Shown in pieces: positions 32,010 to 45,700 of a stretch of 64,000 nt of DNA. A model generated the notes under the pieces. The model did not search any database. It saw nothing but the letters and a program-made list of their open reading frames with translations, and was not told the DNA's origin. Origin of the DNA: the human T2T-CHM13v2.0 reference genome, Homo sapiens. Location of the stretch: assembly GCF_009914755.1 (NCBI RefSeq), contig NC_060931.1; one strand, 5' to 3'. Position numbers and translations under genes: made by a program. Position 1 is the first letter of the stretch. The number at the start of each line of letters is the position of its first letter.

Positions 32010-33360
32010 CTATTATTTTTAATAGCCTTCTTGTTATATAATTCATATAACATAGCATTTACCCATATATAGTGTATAATTCAATGAGTTTTACTATATT
32101 TACAGAGTAGTGCAACCATCACCACTACATAATTTACAGTAAGGTACAATTTTTTATTTGAGACCTTGCTTCCTAAATATAGGCATTTACAATTTTAAGT
32201 TTCCTTCTAAGCATAACTTTAGCCATATACCATGCTTTAGAATTATGTGCTCTCACTTCATCTAAGTTTTTTCTAGTTCCTTTGTGACTTATTTGACCCA
32301 TTTTTGTCTCAGGAGTGTGTTGATTAATTTCAACATATTTGTAAAGTTTTAATTTTGTGTGTGTGGTTGATTTTTAATTTAATTCCATTGTGTTGCAAGA
32401 ACATGGCTCTCATTATTTCAATTCTTTTAAATTTATTGAGGCTTCTGTTATGATCTAACATATGGTTCATCCTGAAGAATGTCTTTTGTGTGCTTGAGAA
32501 AAATGTGTATTTTGCTGCTGATCTATAGTGTTGTTCAAGCCTTTTATATTATTTTTGATCTTCTACTTCCTTTTTCTATCCGATATTGAAAGTGGAGTAT
32601 TGAGGTCTCTGCCTTTTGATGGGATTGTGTAATTCTTTCAAAATTAATGTTATTATTGATATGATTATATTTACTTCTAGCATTTTTCTAATGGTTTTCT
32701 TTGTGCATCATGTCTTTTGTGTTCCGCTCTTAATACTTTACTACATTTTTTGCATTAATTGAATTTTTGTGTAATATTTTAGTTTCTTGAGCAATTTTCA
32801 CTATATATAGTTACTTTCTTAGTGGTTTTTCTAAGATTTCCAACATACACTTAAGTTACAAGAATTTTCTTCATATTTATACTAACAATTCCAACGTAAT
32901 ATAGAAATTTACTCCTTTATAGCTCTATCCCTTTTCCTTTTTGTGTTATTATTATATATTTTACATTTATGTATTTTGCAAACAAAAAATTTACGCATTT
33001 ATTACTTTATGTAATTTTTGATCTATTAAAATGTGGAGAGAAGAAAGGAGATAAAGTACATACTTACAGAGCTGGGTATATTAGCTTTTAGGTTCTCTTT
33101 ATTTTTCCTGTGAACTCATTATAATCTGACATCGTTTTCTTATTCCAACACAGTTTTGTCCCTACTAATTTTTTCATGATGTTATTGTCAAATGTGCTTG
33201 ATTTCTATATGTTTTAGCCCCAATGGTAAAATTATATACAAATTGTTTTATGTAGTTTTCAAATAAGCTAAAAGAAGACATGCACTTATACTATATTTTA
33301 AAATTAGCAAAATATTTGCCTTCACTGATGTTCCTTTTTTTTTTTTTGCCTGTGGACCTA
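32010..33360 (-). mobile_element. Old L1M fragments (3' end at 32010-32135 and internal part)
   Basis: agtgtataattcaatgagtttt...gtgcaaccatcaccact; gtgtgcttgagaaaaatgtgtattttgctgctg; T-rich antisense L1 composition. Confidence 0.75.
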
Positions 33361-33828
33361 ATATAGTATTAAATGAAAAGCACATTGTTAAGTGAGGATT
33401 ATCACAGTGAATAGCATACATCTCATTTTTTATTTGTAAATAAAATTATTTGGGATAAAATATGGCAAAATATCCACTGTGATTTAGATTTGTTTCAATT
33501 TCAATATTTTTCTCATTATCTTCACTTATTATTTTATTTGTACCAATTTCTGTAAAAGGAATATATGTTATTTTGTAATAATAAAACTTTGCTTTAAAAT
33601 ACATACATATTCTTCTAAGGGGGCACATTCTTTGTTTTTTTTCTACATTTTCTGTAAATATTCCATCCTATCCACTTAATTTCAGGAGGCTTGGTGAAAG
33701 CTACAATATCTCTAGACCATCGTGGAATGTCTATGGAATATCACAGACACTTATCATTTATAATCATCCCAGCCAAAGGATTTACTTTACTCAAAGAAGA
33801 GTGTTGCATCTTGCCAAGAAGAAAAAGT

Positions 33829-35731
33829 TAATTCTATATATAGAAAGTCACATAGTCTCTGCCCAAACGGTCTTAGGTCTGCTGAACAACTTCAGCAAAG
33901 TTTCAGGGTAGAAAATCAATGTACACAAATGAGTTGCATTTCTATACGCCAATAACAACTTGGCTGAGAGTCAAATCGAGAATGTAATTTCATTCACAAT
34001 AGCCACAAAATAAATAAAATACCTATTAATACAGCTAACTAGGGAAAAGAAAGTACTCTACAATGAAAATTACAAAACATTGCTGGAAGAAATAAGAGAT
34101 GACACAAACAAAAGGAAAAATATTCCATGCTCATGGGTAGGAAAAATCAATATTGTTAAAATGCCCATACTGCCCAAAGCAATTTACAGATTCAATGCTA
34201 TTTCTATCAAACTACCAATGACATTTTTCACAGTATCAGAAAAAAAAATTCTAAAATTTATTTGGAACCAGCAAAGAGCCAAAATAGGCAAAGCAACCCT
34301 AAGCAAAAAGAACAAAGTTGGAAACATCATACTACACAATTTCAAACTATACTACAAGGCTACAGTAACTAAAACAGCATTGTATGGTACAAAAATAGAC
34401 ATATAGACCAATGGAAAATGTTAGAGAACCCAGAAATAAAGCTGCACACATACTACCATCTGATCTTTGACAAAGCTGACAATAACAAGCAATGGGGAAA
34501 GGACTCCCTATTCACATGCAGAAGATTAAAACTGGACCCTTACCTTTCACCATATACAAAAATCAACTCAAAATGGATTAAAGACTTAAATGTAAAACCT
34601 AAAACTGTAAAAACCCTGGAAGAAAATCTAGGAAATACCTTTCTGGACATTGGCCCTGGCAAAGACTTTATGACAATAACTCCAAAAGCAATTGTAACAA
34701 AAACAAAAATTTACAAGTGAGACCTAATTAAACTAAAGAGCTTCTGCACAGCAAAGGAAACTATCAACAGAGTAAACAGACAACCTACAGAATGAGAGAA
34801 AACATTTGCCAACTATGCTTCCGACAAAGGTCTAATACACAGAATCTATAAGGAGCTTAAATCAACAAACAAAAATTAAACAACCCCATTTAAAAATGGG
34901 CAAAGAACATGAACAGACAATTCTCAAAAGAAGACATACATGTGGCCAACAAGCATATATAAAAATCCTCAATATCACTAATCAATAGGGAAATGCAAAT
35001 CAAAACCACAATTAGATACTATCTCACACCAATTAGAAAGGCTATTACTAAAAATGAAAAAAAAAATAACAGATGCTGGCAAGGTTGCAGAGAAAAAGGA
35101 ATGCTTATACACTGCTGATGGGAATGTCAATTAGTTCAGCCACCGTGGAAAGCAGTCTGGAGATTTCTCAAAGAACCAAATGGAACTGCTATACAACCCA
35201 GCAATCCCATGGCTGGGTATACACCCAAAGGAATATAAATCATTCCACCATGAAGTTACATGTACTCATATGTTCATCACAGCACTATTCACAATACCAA
35301 AGACACAGAATCAACTTACATGCCCATCAGTAGTGGACTAGATAAAGAAAATATGATAATATATACCATGAAATACTACACAGCCATAAAAAGGAATGAG
35401 GCCATATCCCTTGCAGCAACATGGATGAAGCTGGAGGCCATTATCTTAAGCAAGCTAATGCAGGAACAGAAAACCAAGTACCACATGTTCTCACTTATTA
35501 GTGAGAGCTAACCATTGAGTATACATGCACACGAAGAAGGGAACAATAAACACTAGGGCCTACTTGAGGGTGGAGGATGAGGATTGAAAAACTACCTATG
35601 AAGTATCATGCTGATTACCTGGATGACAAAATTATTTGTACACCAAACTTCCATGGCACACAATTTACCCATGTAACAAACATGCACATATACCCCTTGA
35701 ACCTGAAACAAAAGTTGGAAAAAAAAAAAAA
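33829..35731 (+). mobile_element. 5'-truncated L1PA15-17-like LINE-1
   Basis: ORF2-like peptides at 34080-34406 and 34418-34720; 3'UTR gcctacttgagggtggagg...aaaaactacctat...aaaagttgg plus poly-A. Confidence 0.92.
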
Positions 35732-35891
35732 GTCCTCCAAAATATGTGAAGATAAGAAAACTATCTAAATTGGGATAATATAGCCTCCTATGTTAGCAGA
35801 ATTTTGAAAATTTGTTCCTTCTCATTCTTGAATTTTTAGTCATGAAAAGGGCTTATTTATCTAAAACAAAAATTTTAGAAAATGTTAAATA

Positions 35892-36235
35892 TAGAAATGC
35901 ATCACTTAGAAACAGGGGTACTTTCTGAGAAATGCATCATTAGGTGATTTTGTTGTCGTGCCAGCATCATAGAGTGTATTGTATCACAAACCTAGATGGT
36001 GTAGCCTACTTCGTACCTAAACTATATGATGTAGTCTACTGCTCCTAGGTTGCAAATCTTTATAGCATATTACTGTTCTAAATACTGTAGGTAATTGTAA
36101 TACAATGGTAAGCATCTGTGTATCTACATATCAAAACCTAGAAACAAGTAAAAATATGGTATTATAATCTTTTAAGACTGCCTTTGTATAGGTCGTCCCC
36201 CGTTGACTGAAATGTCACTATTTGGGGCTTGACTC
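35892..36235 (-). mobile_element. Tigger3a (MER7A)-like Tc1/mariner MITE
   Basis: ttctgagaaatgcatcattaggtgatttt...acaaacctagatggtgtagcctac...cgttgactgaaatgtc; about 345 bp, preceded by TA. Confidence 0.8.
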
Positions 36236-38084
36236 CAGTTGTAACAGTTAAGCTGGCGTTCCCAATGATAAATGCATAAGATGACTCTAAGGAAATGGAT
36301 CCTAACTACTTCATCATGTCCATCTCAGAGGTTTACTTAGTTCTCTTCATCAGAAGTTAATAGATAATTTCAACAGAACATCTTACCCTAAAAGGGGACA
36401 GAAGTATTTGACCTACTCTATGTCAAATTTATTTTTTTTTAGTGACACCTTAGACCTTTACCTTTCATTTAACTTCCTTTCCTTGATGTTTCAATACATT
36501 TTACCTGTTTTGTTTTGATGTACTTTAATGGCTTTTGAACAGGTTTCATTTGTGGACGAACTGATTTTAACTCACCATGTTTTAATTCGTTTCTTTAATA
36601 TATTACTTTAGTTGTCTTTCAACAAAGACAAGTTAATAACAATTAATTGCCTTAATTTATTTCTTCTTATTTTATTATACTTCTTCTTATTATTCAACTT
36701 ATTCAAAATGAGTCGAATAATATGCTAACCATGATACTTATACCTCAAAGTGAGATTACTGCTAATTAGAGGCTACATATGGTATACCGAGAATGGGGGG
36801 ACTTTTTAAAATAATTTAAGTATTATACCCAATTATGGGCTCCAATTTTTTAAAAAGTACTTTGGTAGAAGAAAACTCAGATTCTGCATTCAGATTTCAA
36901 GGAAAATTAAGCAACTTTACCAAGACAGCAAATGAGATGAAATTAAGCATTTTATTTCTCAAATTATTAATTTAGTAATAGGCACTAACTTCATTGCTCT
37001 CTGGTTATTGGCAAAGCCAAGATGTGCATGTTCTCCTTTTGAACATTGTATTAATGAAATTGGAGGTTGTGTGCCGTACGCAATGTATGTTCTGCAACAT
37101 TTTGAAAGCTTAGCTGGGAATCCCTGTGGTGCTGACTGAAGGGGAAAAAAGAAGCAAAGTCTCCTCCAGTTTTTGAAAACCAGAAGTATTTTTTCAGAAG
37201 TCATGTGTGAAATAAATTGCTTATGAGAAAATGACTGTAATGCTGCCTCAGTTTTCGGTGATGGATCTGTTTAAAACATTCTGACATAAAAAATAAATCA
37301 GCTTTAACTTCAATTATTAAGAGCTAAAGTAGCATTCTTTGATAGAAAGGGGTGGGTTTCTGGCATTTCAATGATAAATATGTATGAAAATAGTTGTGTC
37401 ACCATGGAAACCAAGCCCTCACCATTTTTTTTTATTTTTTTAGACAAGGCAAATAGTATAATAGAAACTTGGGATATCTAAAAACAAATTGATGAAGACC
37501 AACCACTGTTAGAGTGTTTGGTATTCTTAAGTTTTTAAATTTCTTGGTTTTTAGCATTCATTTTATGTTCTGAAGAATATGTTCAGATTTTCTTCAAGTC
37601 ATTTTTGAGATTTCAAGCATGTTAATGAATATTTTTAAATAAGCATTGATGCAATATAGTTGCATTAGTAACTAGTGTCTGTTTGAAACTTTGAATAGCA
37701 TCACTCTGAAGAAATCAAATAGATATTTTTTTCAGAGTAACACAAACTCTCTTATGGGCATTTAGGCAAATATCTTTTATTTTTCTCCTTTAGTTTTTGT
37801 TTCCTATGAGTAAATTCTGGATAAGAGTCAATGAAGATTGTATCTGAATGCAGTGATGTTTTTACTGTGACAAATTTTACAAATACTTTCTGGAGTTTCT
37901 GATATAGCATATCCCCTGGCTGTTTTAGATGGGAACACCTCTTGCTAGGAGCCAATGCATTTCATATTGCCTGCTTCCCTAAAACCACAAAACTTAATCA
38001 TTTTAATGACTTAATTTTAAAGATATGTATATTTAAATGAAGGCTATAGCATGCAATTCGAATATACTTTCTTACATAAGAGGC

Positions 38085-38290
38085 AGTGTTAGTGAGAGAA
38101 AAGAGCCCTGGCCCAAGATATCCAAATCTCTTATCCTTGTTCCATTTTTTTTTTTTTAGTAGCAATTTGGCCTTGGAAAAACCTTTTCATCTCTCTGAGC
38201 CATGCTTTTCATGTTTATAAAATGGAACTCATTATATATGTACATGTCCAGGATTATTTTGAGAATTGTAGTTTATTTGAAAAAAAACTT
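38085..38290 (+). mobile_element. MIR
   Basis: gaaaagagccctgg...ggccttggaaaa...ctctctgagccatgcttttcatgtttataaaatgg. Confidence 0.7.
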
Positions 38291-41200
38291 TTAAATATCA
38301 AAAATCATATTCTAAATATAAGGTGAAATAAGTTTTATTACAGCTACAAAAACCACCTAGTTTAAATTTTGCATAATACTAATACATGATGACATTAGTT
38401 TATAACTCACAAAGTACACCTAAGTGGGCTTATGCAACACCAAAATATTTGGTTCAAATGTAAAATTTTACATAAAACATATTTTAAAATAAAATCTCAC
38501 CTGCTTACTTGTTTTATATTGATTTTGTTCAGCCATCAGAGTTATTAGGGGTTATGGAGTTATCATTGCACTGTTCAGTATACATCCTCAAACTGAAAAC
38601 TCATTGAGTTAAACTCTTACCACAAGAGAGTGATTTACCTGATTGATAAGAATGCTATTTCAATGAGCAATGAAAAATATTTGATATAACTGGACATTGA
38701 ATTTATTTAAACACATAAGTGAAATGTGTATCAGTAATAAAGAACAACAAAAAATATTCCAATCTTATAGAACATGGCTCTATCAATGTGTGTTATCTGA
38801 AGAGGTTCCTACTTCTTTCACAACATTCCCCCCATCCTATAGTTCGGGGCTGCTGCACACACGGTAATTATAATTGGTGCCACACACAGTATCTGGTGTC
38901 CTGCCTGGTGTTGCTTTGTAAAAGTTTCCTAACTTCTCATATAAGGGTGTAAATCTTCTCCAACTTTAAGTGAACCTTTAGAGTTGGAGAAGGATTCACT
39001 TAACCCACAGTTCACAGGAACACTTACATACTGAGAGAGGCATTAAAACAGCGCCAAATAATACATTGTTTACCCTAGTATAGAAACTGGTTTATTTCTG
39101 CATAAAGAATTTCTTTCTCAGTAGTTTTAAAGAGTTTTTACATACGAAACAAAATTATAAAATACATGGTTTCATATCTTTCTCATGTAAAAATGATAAA
39201 GAACATTTAATATTGAAATATTTTGAAAACTTTTTCTTTCCTACACCGCATTCAAAATAATTCTCTTAGTTTCACGGTACTAAGTCTAACTGAGCACTTG
39301 AAAAACCTCAGCATTTTAACATGGTTAGGAGGGCTAATTAGGTCTGATTGATTCACAGTCTCAGTCACCATTAAAAAATACTTCTGGAATAGGCTCCGAC
39401 AAGAAATACGCCCATCTCCAAATGGGATAACTAATCTTATATTACTGATTTTTCAGATAGTCATATTTATTTCAATGGGGGAGAAAATAGTAATTTCCTT
39501 TTATTGGACAGATTTATATGTTTTTAAGTTCTGTACCTCTTTAGGTAAGTCACAATATTTCTACTTTCATAGCTATGCTCATATACTTTCTGGAAAATGG
39601 ACACATTTATTTTCAAAATAAATTTTCCTTTATGCTTCCTCAGATTGGTTCCTATTGTAAGTAAAGCTATATATTATTGGGGATACTTAAAAACAAGAAC
39701 TGATAGGATAATTTTTCTCTTGAATGAACATATTCAATTATAAAAAGTTACATGTATGACCATTACTTATACATTTAAGTATTGTGTCTTATTTATTATA
39801 AAAATTTAAACCTCAGCCACTTTAAATGGCAAACAACAAGGAACTGCTTGTGCACGTTCATTTATTTTTACTATAACAGACTAGAATATTATGGTCAATG
39901 TATACACAAAAGTAAACATTTAGATAAAATAAAAACAAATCGAAATCATCCTCAAATCTAGATTATTTCCTACACAATGACTAAAATCCTAAACTTTATA
40001 ATTATCCAGACATTGTTAGTAATAGCATCAAATGTCTTCCAGATATAGCAGCCTCTTAGTAGTTTCCTGCAAAGAGTAACACTATATAATACTGCCACCC
40101 TACCTCAATAAGTTAATTTTCTACTAGGCAGTAAAGAGATCTAGTTATGCATTTTCCCCCCACAAATACAGATTTTAAGGCTTTTTTGAAAAGTCACACA
40201 CAAATCCTTGAATTCTTGTGAGGAAAAAAACCACTAGCAGTTCTTATCAAATTTCATTAATGCCATATTTTCAAGCTAAGTTTCAATGATTATTTCTTAC
40301 AATAATTTTTGTAGCATTAATTTGTTTGATAAAACATATTAGGTTTTTACAGATTCAAATGTCAGAAGGTAAGAAAAGGCTAACAGCCAAGATAAGTTTA
40401 AAGAACTTCATAAACACCTGTTTACTGACTTTTTAAAATATGATTACAACTAAAATAGTATGGGACTTATAAAATAGCAAGCCCTTTTAAAAAAGAAACA
40501 GTTTTAAATATGACATTTAAGCTTTTCTTAAAAACCCCTCAATTACATATAGTAAATAACCAATAATCCCTTTTGCCATGAAATGCTCTCATCCCCACCT
40601 CCATCTATTTAGTTGTATTCTGTGCCTGCACAATTTATCACAGGAAGTGAAAGAGATGAGTGACTCAATGAAAATCTATCACAACTAAGAAGAAAAGAAG
40701 CTCAAAATATACTACAATGCTTTGGTACCTAAGTATGTCAGATACCTTTAGAAAATAGCAGAAAAAAAGATACCTTTAGAGAATAATAGAAGAAAAAGGT
40801 GACTCAAACTCTAAGTATGAAATTATTACCTATTTATCTGTTATTAATGATTTCTTTCAAAGTTGCATTTTTAAAATACCATACTATTTATAATTAGTAT
40901 TGTTTAAGAAACAGAGGATTAAATTACTCAAATGGAGATTTAGATTTTTATACTGTATTTATTTGAAGGAAAACTCTGCCCACAAATGTACACAAATTGA
41001 GATGAAAGCCAGGCTAAAAATAGAGCTAGATAATCCATGGTGTGAATCAAGGGGCAAGGGGTAGATAAAATTTTTCTAAAGTGTCTATGATCCATCTTTG
41101 CCCATTTTATTTAAGAGGTGAATGGCCGTTAAAATGCTCTGAGAGCAGGGCAGAAAGAGAGAGTGGGGTGGGGGAATAATTGTATGAAGAGAGAAAGCAT

Positions 41201-42735
41201 AAGAACTCATCAAGTCTGAAGTCTTAAGAAGGGTATTCAAGAGGAAGCTGAGGTCCTTAAAAATAAATTTTGCTTATTTGAAGCTCTTCTGAGGTTTGAT
41301 TGTCTCCTACCTTCTCTTCAAGAATGCATCTACGGGCTTCTTGAGATCAGAATGACATTGCACATGTTGATTTACTTTAACATACTTCGTTTACATCAAC
41401 AAATATATAATACACAACCACAGTCATTCTTTTGTACCTATTCACATGAGTAAGTTATCAACCAATCATGTTTTGGTATATTTGTACTGAGAATTAGAAA
41501 ACACAAGATGAATCAAGAAGAGATTTTTCTGATGCCAGATCCCCTGGGAATCAGGAGTAGAGGATCAGTATCAACATTAATACAAATGAGCAATTTTAAT
41601 GAAAATTTTAAAACAAGAATTGGGCTATAAAACTGTTATGATGATTCAGTAATAATTATTGAACACAATGCTCACAGTTTTTCTTTTGATTTAATTTTTA
41701 AAATATTTGTGTATTTGAGATCAGTGTGTTCTTTTGCATTTTTTTTTTGCAGACATCTTTTTCTTTATGAAACTTTTCAGAACACAAAATGCAGCTTGTA
41801 AATAATTTTGGTTTGGCAAGGTCTCATATGCACTAACAGGTTACATACTGTTCTGATTAGACACGCTGAACATGCTACTCAATATGTAGATGTGTTTCAA
41901 CTCACACTGACAGCTGATGTATAATTTACTATGCTGACTGCTCAAGGCATTTGTACTAGTTCAATTTTCATATTTATTTATGCCAAAATTTTGTTGTAAA
42001 CAAAGCAATTTAAATGATGTATCAGATGGCTACTGACAAAGAGTTTTTAAAAATCTGTTGACATGTACTTTAAAGGAAAAAACTCACATAAATATGTCAA
42101 AATTTTATGAAAATAAAGGAGGTCTTTTTAAAAGTAAAATAAAGTCAGTGGCATTCTACGATATGTTTTCTGTACCATTTAAGTTATCTACCAAACTGAA
42201 AGAAGTGTCAACAAGATAGTGCAAACATTTTCTTCAGAAAAATAATCTTTGTCCGTTAAGAAAAAGTCCTTTCAAGAATGAAAAGCCAAATTTTTCAGTT
42301 TACAAGTGAGAGCTATGGTCTAAGTACCCGTTGCGCTTCCATGGACAAACTTCTAAATATCTAACCTGTGAACAGTCATTGTATAAGCAGGATGAAGTGC
42401 TATTTTACCTTAACGACCAACTGTAAGTCACTCCATTAAGGGATACACTTGTTAAAAGCTTAATGGTCAGAGAAAAAAACATGCAAATTTTCAAAAGGAA
42501 GGCAAAAACCCGTATCTGGGTTTGTCTTTTAAATTGCATCCATACCCTTACTGGCCACACAGGAAGAGACTGAGCTTTTGCCTAGGCAATAACTCAAATC
42601 TTTTCAGTGTAGGGAGAACCATTGTTGATCCATATCTTATTGGCATTTTTATTTCTGATCAGGGATTACTACAATTTATAATTTAATATTGGGAGGGGAT
42701 ACCTGAATAGATCTACTCCCCTCCCATGGTGGACA

Positions 42736-42794
42736 GTACACGCACACACACACACACACGTGTGTGTGTGTGTATATATATATATGTATATATA
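42736..42794. repeat. (CA)n-CG-(TG)n-(TA)n microsatellite containing a perfect 28-bp palindrome
   Basis: Palindrome 42746-42773 centred on CACGTG. Confidence 0.95.
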
Positions 42795-45700
42795 AAGAAG
42801 CACACACTTCAAAAATCACTAAGACGTATTTACATTGTCTTCCAAGTGGTTTTCATTGACCTCATGAAACTCATCCAGGATTTAAAATGGAAGATGTGAA
42901 CAAAAGTTAAGCAAATAACTTTCTAAAATGTCACAGGAGAATGAAGGAGAAAGGAATTTAAAAAATGATTAAAAGATAGAGGGAGAAGTAATGAAAAAAG
43001 AGGAAAGAAATGCAAAAATGTTTTGGAGGGAATTGAAGGTTTTTTTTCTTACTCCAAACCATATTCAAAGTATTCTAATTATTAAAACTACAATGAAATC
43101 TAAAATAAACTGTATCAAATCAATTGCATTTCTTATAATTCCCTAGTAACTAACAGAAAAAAACACATAATGTTTACCTAAAGGGTTACTGAGACAAGAA
43201 ATGTAATGCTATGTTTTAAGGTTTGGAAATTGCTTATAATGGGTTTTTGCCCATGATATGTTCAACATCAGGATGCCAATAATTTGTCTGAATAAAAGCA
43301 CCTTGATAAACCTACAGAAATGTAGTCATCAACTACCCTGTATATGGAGATATGTAAAAAAAGGACCTCGTAAAGATGCAATATGCTATTCGTTTCAAGA
43401 AAAAAGAAAAATGTTCCTTCATTTCTAATTTATCTTGTAGAAAATGTCAACTTCCTTATTTTAATGACAATTTATATTACTATCTCTTTTTTCAAAATTA
43501 TACTCTGAAATTCACAAGTTTGACTATGAATTAATGTCAACAAATTGTCTTGGAAAGAAAAAAAGAAAAAGAAAAACTATCACATAGAACCGTTTTTCAT
43601 TGCTCTAAATTTGCTAATTTCGTTAGTCTAATTGGGTGTTATTGATTGGGTCAATCCATCCTCATTAATTAGAAGATGTTGAATTAAATAAAAAAAAAAC
43701 TACCGGAAGCCACAAATATTAGTTCCTAAGTTAGAAACAGAAACATTAAGAAAACATATTTTAAGGAGCATAGTGTCCACTGATAGATAAAAAAATAAAA
43801 AACTTTCTTGCATTGAATGCCTATTCTAAGACTCCATCTTTCCTAAAGATAGCACTTCTTTTCACATTCCCTTAAAATGAGACAATGAATATTCTGTAAA
43901 ACATAAATTTTTCCATAAGAAAATAACATTAGCATGTTTTTCACCTTCAAAACATTTAGAATCTACATATCTCCGTGATGTATACACTCTGGATGCAATA
44001 TTACTAAGCTGCTGTTTGTTTCTTTTTAAACAATTAGGACTTCTTCTCATCTACCAGAATAATACAGTCATTTAGGGGTCCTACAGTAGTCACTTAACCT
44101 CTTTGAATAAGTCTCTTCAACTGTAAAATGAAAAAAAATGGTCTCTGAGACTCCTTTTGGAACTAAAATTCCACGAGTCTGTGATGTGTATGCTATCATC
44201 TTAGCCATTTGAACTGCCCAAACAGCTCACCTGAATGTGCTTTTATTGAAGCTCCTGTCACTAACACAAAGAACCTAGAACTTTGGAAAAATGTCTGTTC
44301 AATTTAGTCACTCCTGGAAAAAAAAATTCTAGTCAATCCCATTATTTGATTTCACTGATTTTTTTTCATTAATTGATCAGTCATTCAGTTAAAATACTTG
44401 AAGTTGTTACATGTGTAATCAGCAAATACACTGATATGTCTGAATTGGTGTTGAAAGAAAAACATGTGCTTAACTGCTTAATCAATTACACTTGGAGGAG
44501 GAAGTATCAGGTAAATTCTTTGGGTAGCAGAGTAGTTTCAATAATGTCAATAATGCATTGTCTATTTTCTGCTCCCATTATAGTACAGTTTCTGATTCTC
44601 AAAACTGTTGTCTGACAGGTCTGTGTTCTCCTGGCCAGGTTGTGGTACATTTTGCAGCTTGTCAAATTTCCTCACTTCCTCGTGCCCTTTTTCATTATAC
44701 AGTATTGCTCTGTGCTTAGCCACTGTATCCATTCATGCAGACATACTCTACCTTCAGTATAACACTAAAATTGATTTGCTAGGTGTTCCTTTGCTTCTTC
44801 ACATTTCACATCTTCCCATTGAATTTCTTGTGTCAAGAACACAGCTCTGTCTTTTTACTTCCATCCTCAAACCTGAACACTCTTTGGGTTTTCTGAATAT
44901 TTTAATAGCTTTGTGACTGATGTCAGTGTTTTTTATTCTGCAGTACTTTGTTCAATGCAATTTTATATTATGTTTTGAGAGTATCCTACATTATTTTCAT
45001 TTTAGATTCCATCTGTTTAAAAATTATTTAAATTTCCTGGTCTTTTCACAAGAGTTAATGGCAAAAGCCTTTTTTCTTTTCTTTTTTTTTTTGGAAAAAG
45101 CAGTTTCTAATTAGTATTTTCTTCAGAAAACACATATTAAAAACAGAAAACTCTATAATATACTATAGATTTGTCCAAAGTTAATAGTCTATTTTCTGTA
45201 CAAGGACTAGAACAGGAAATAACAAAACACTAAATAATCCTACACAAATTTTAAAAAATGTGTGTGTGTGTGTGTTTTACTGCAAAAGTGAAAGACATGA
45301 ATGTAAAATGGTTCAGGCTTACAATTACATGATCTAAGTTGACACTGGATATTAGATGTTCTCGGGAGAGTTCAAAGCCTGACCATTTAATGCTCATTGA
45401 TAAAGCACATTTATTTTAGCATATTGTTTTAACTGGTCAAATTTTGAGACTTTTGGAAGTGTAGGTGAAAGTTCAAACTTCTTTACTAAAGTGTAGCCAT
45501 TGTGTAATAAAATATCCAAGATGATTCATTCAGTCAACCTAATATCTACTTATCAAGGAGGAGAACAAGCTAAGGAGGTATTATATCTTTCTCTAGCATA
45601 ACATGTTAAGTGCGGCATTCCAATGTAAAAGGTAGAATTGTTCCTTTGAGTAAAATAATTAATGAGCCCAACAAAAGGAAAGCTGTTACGAGAGAGACCT

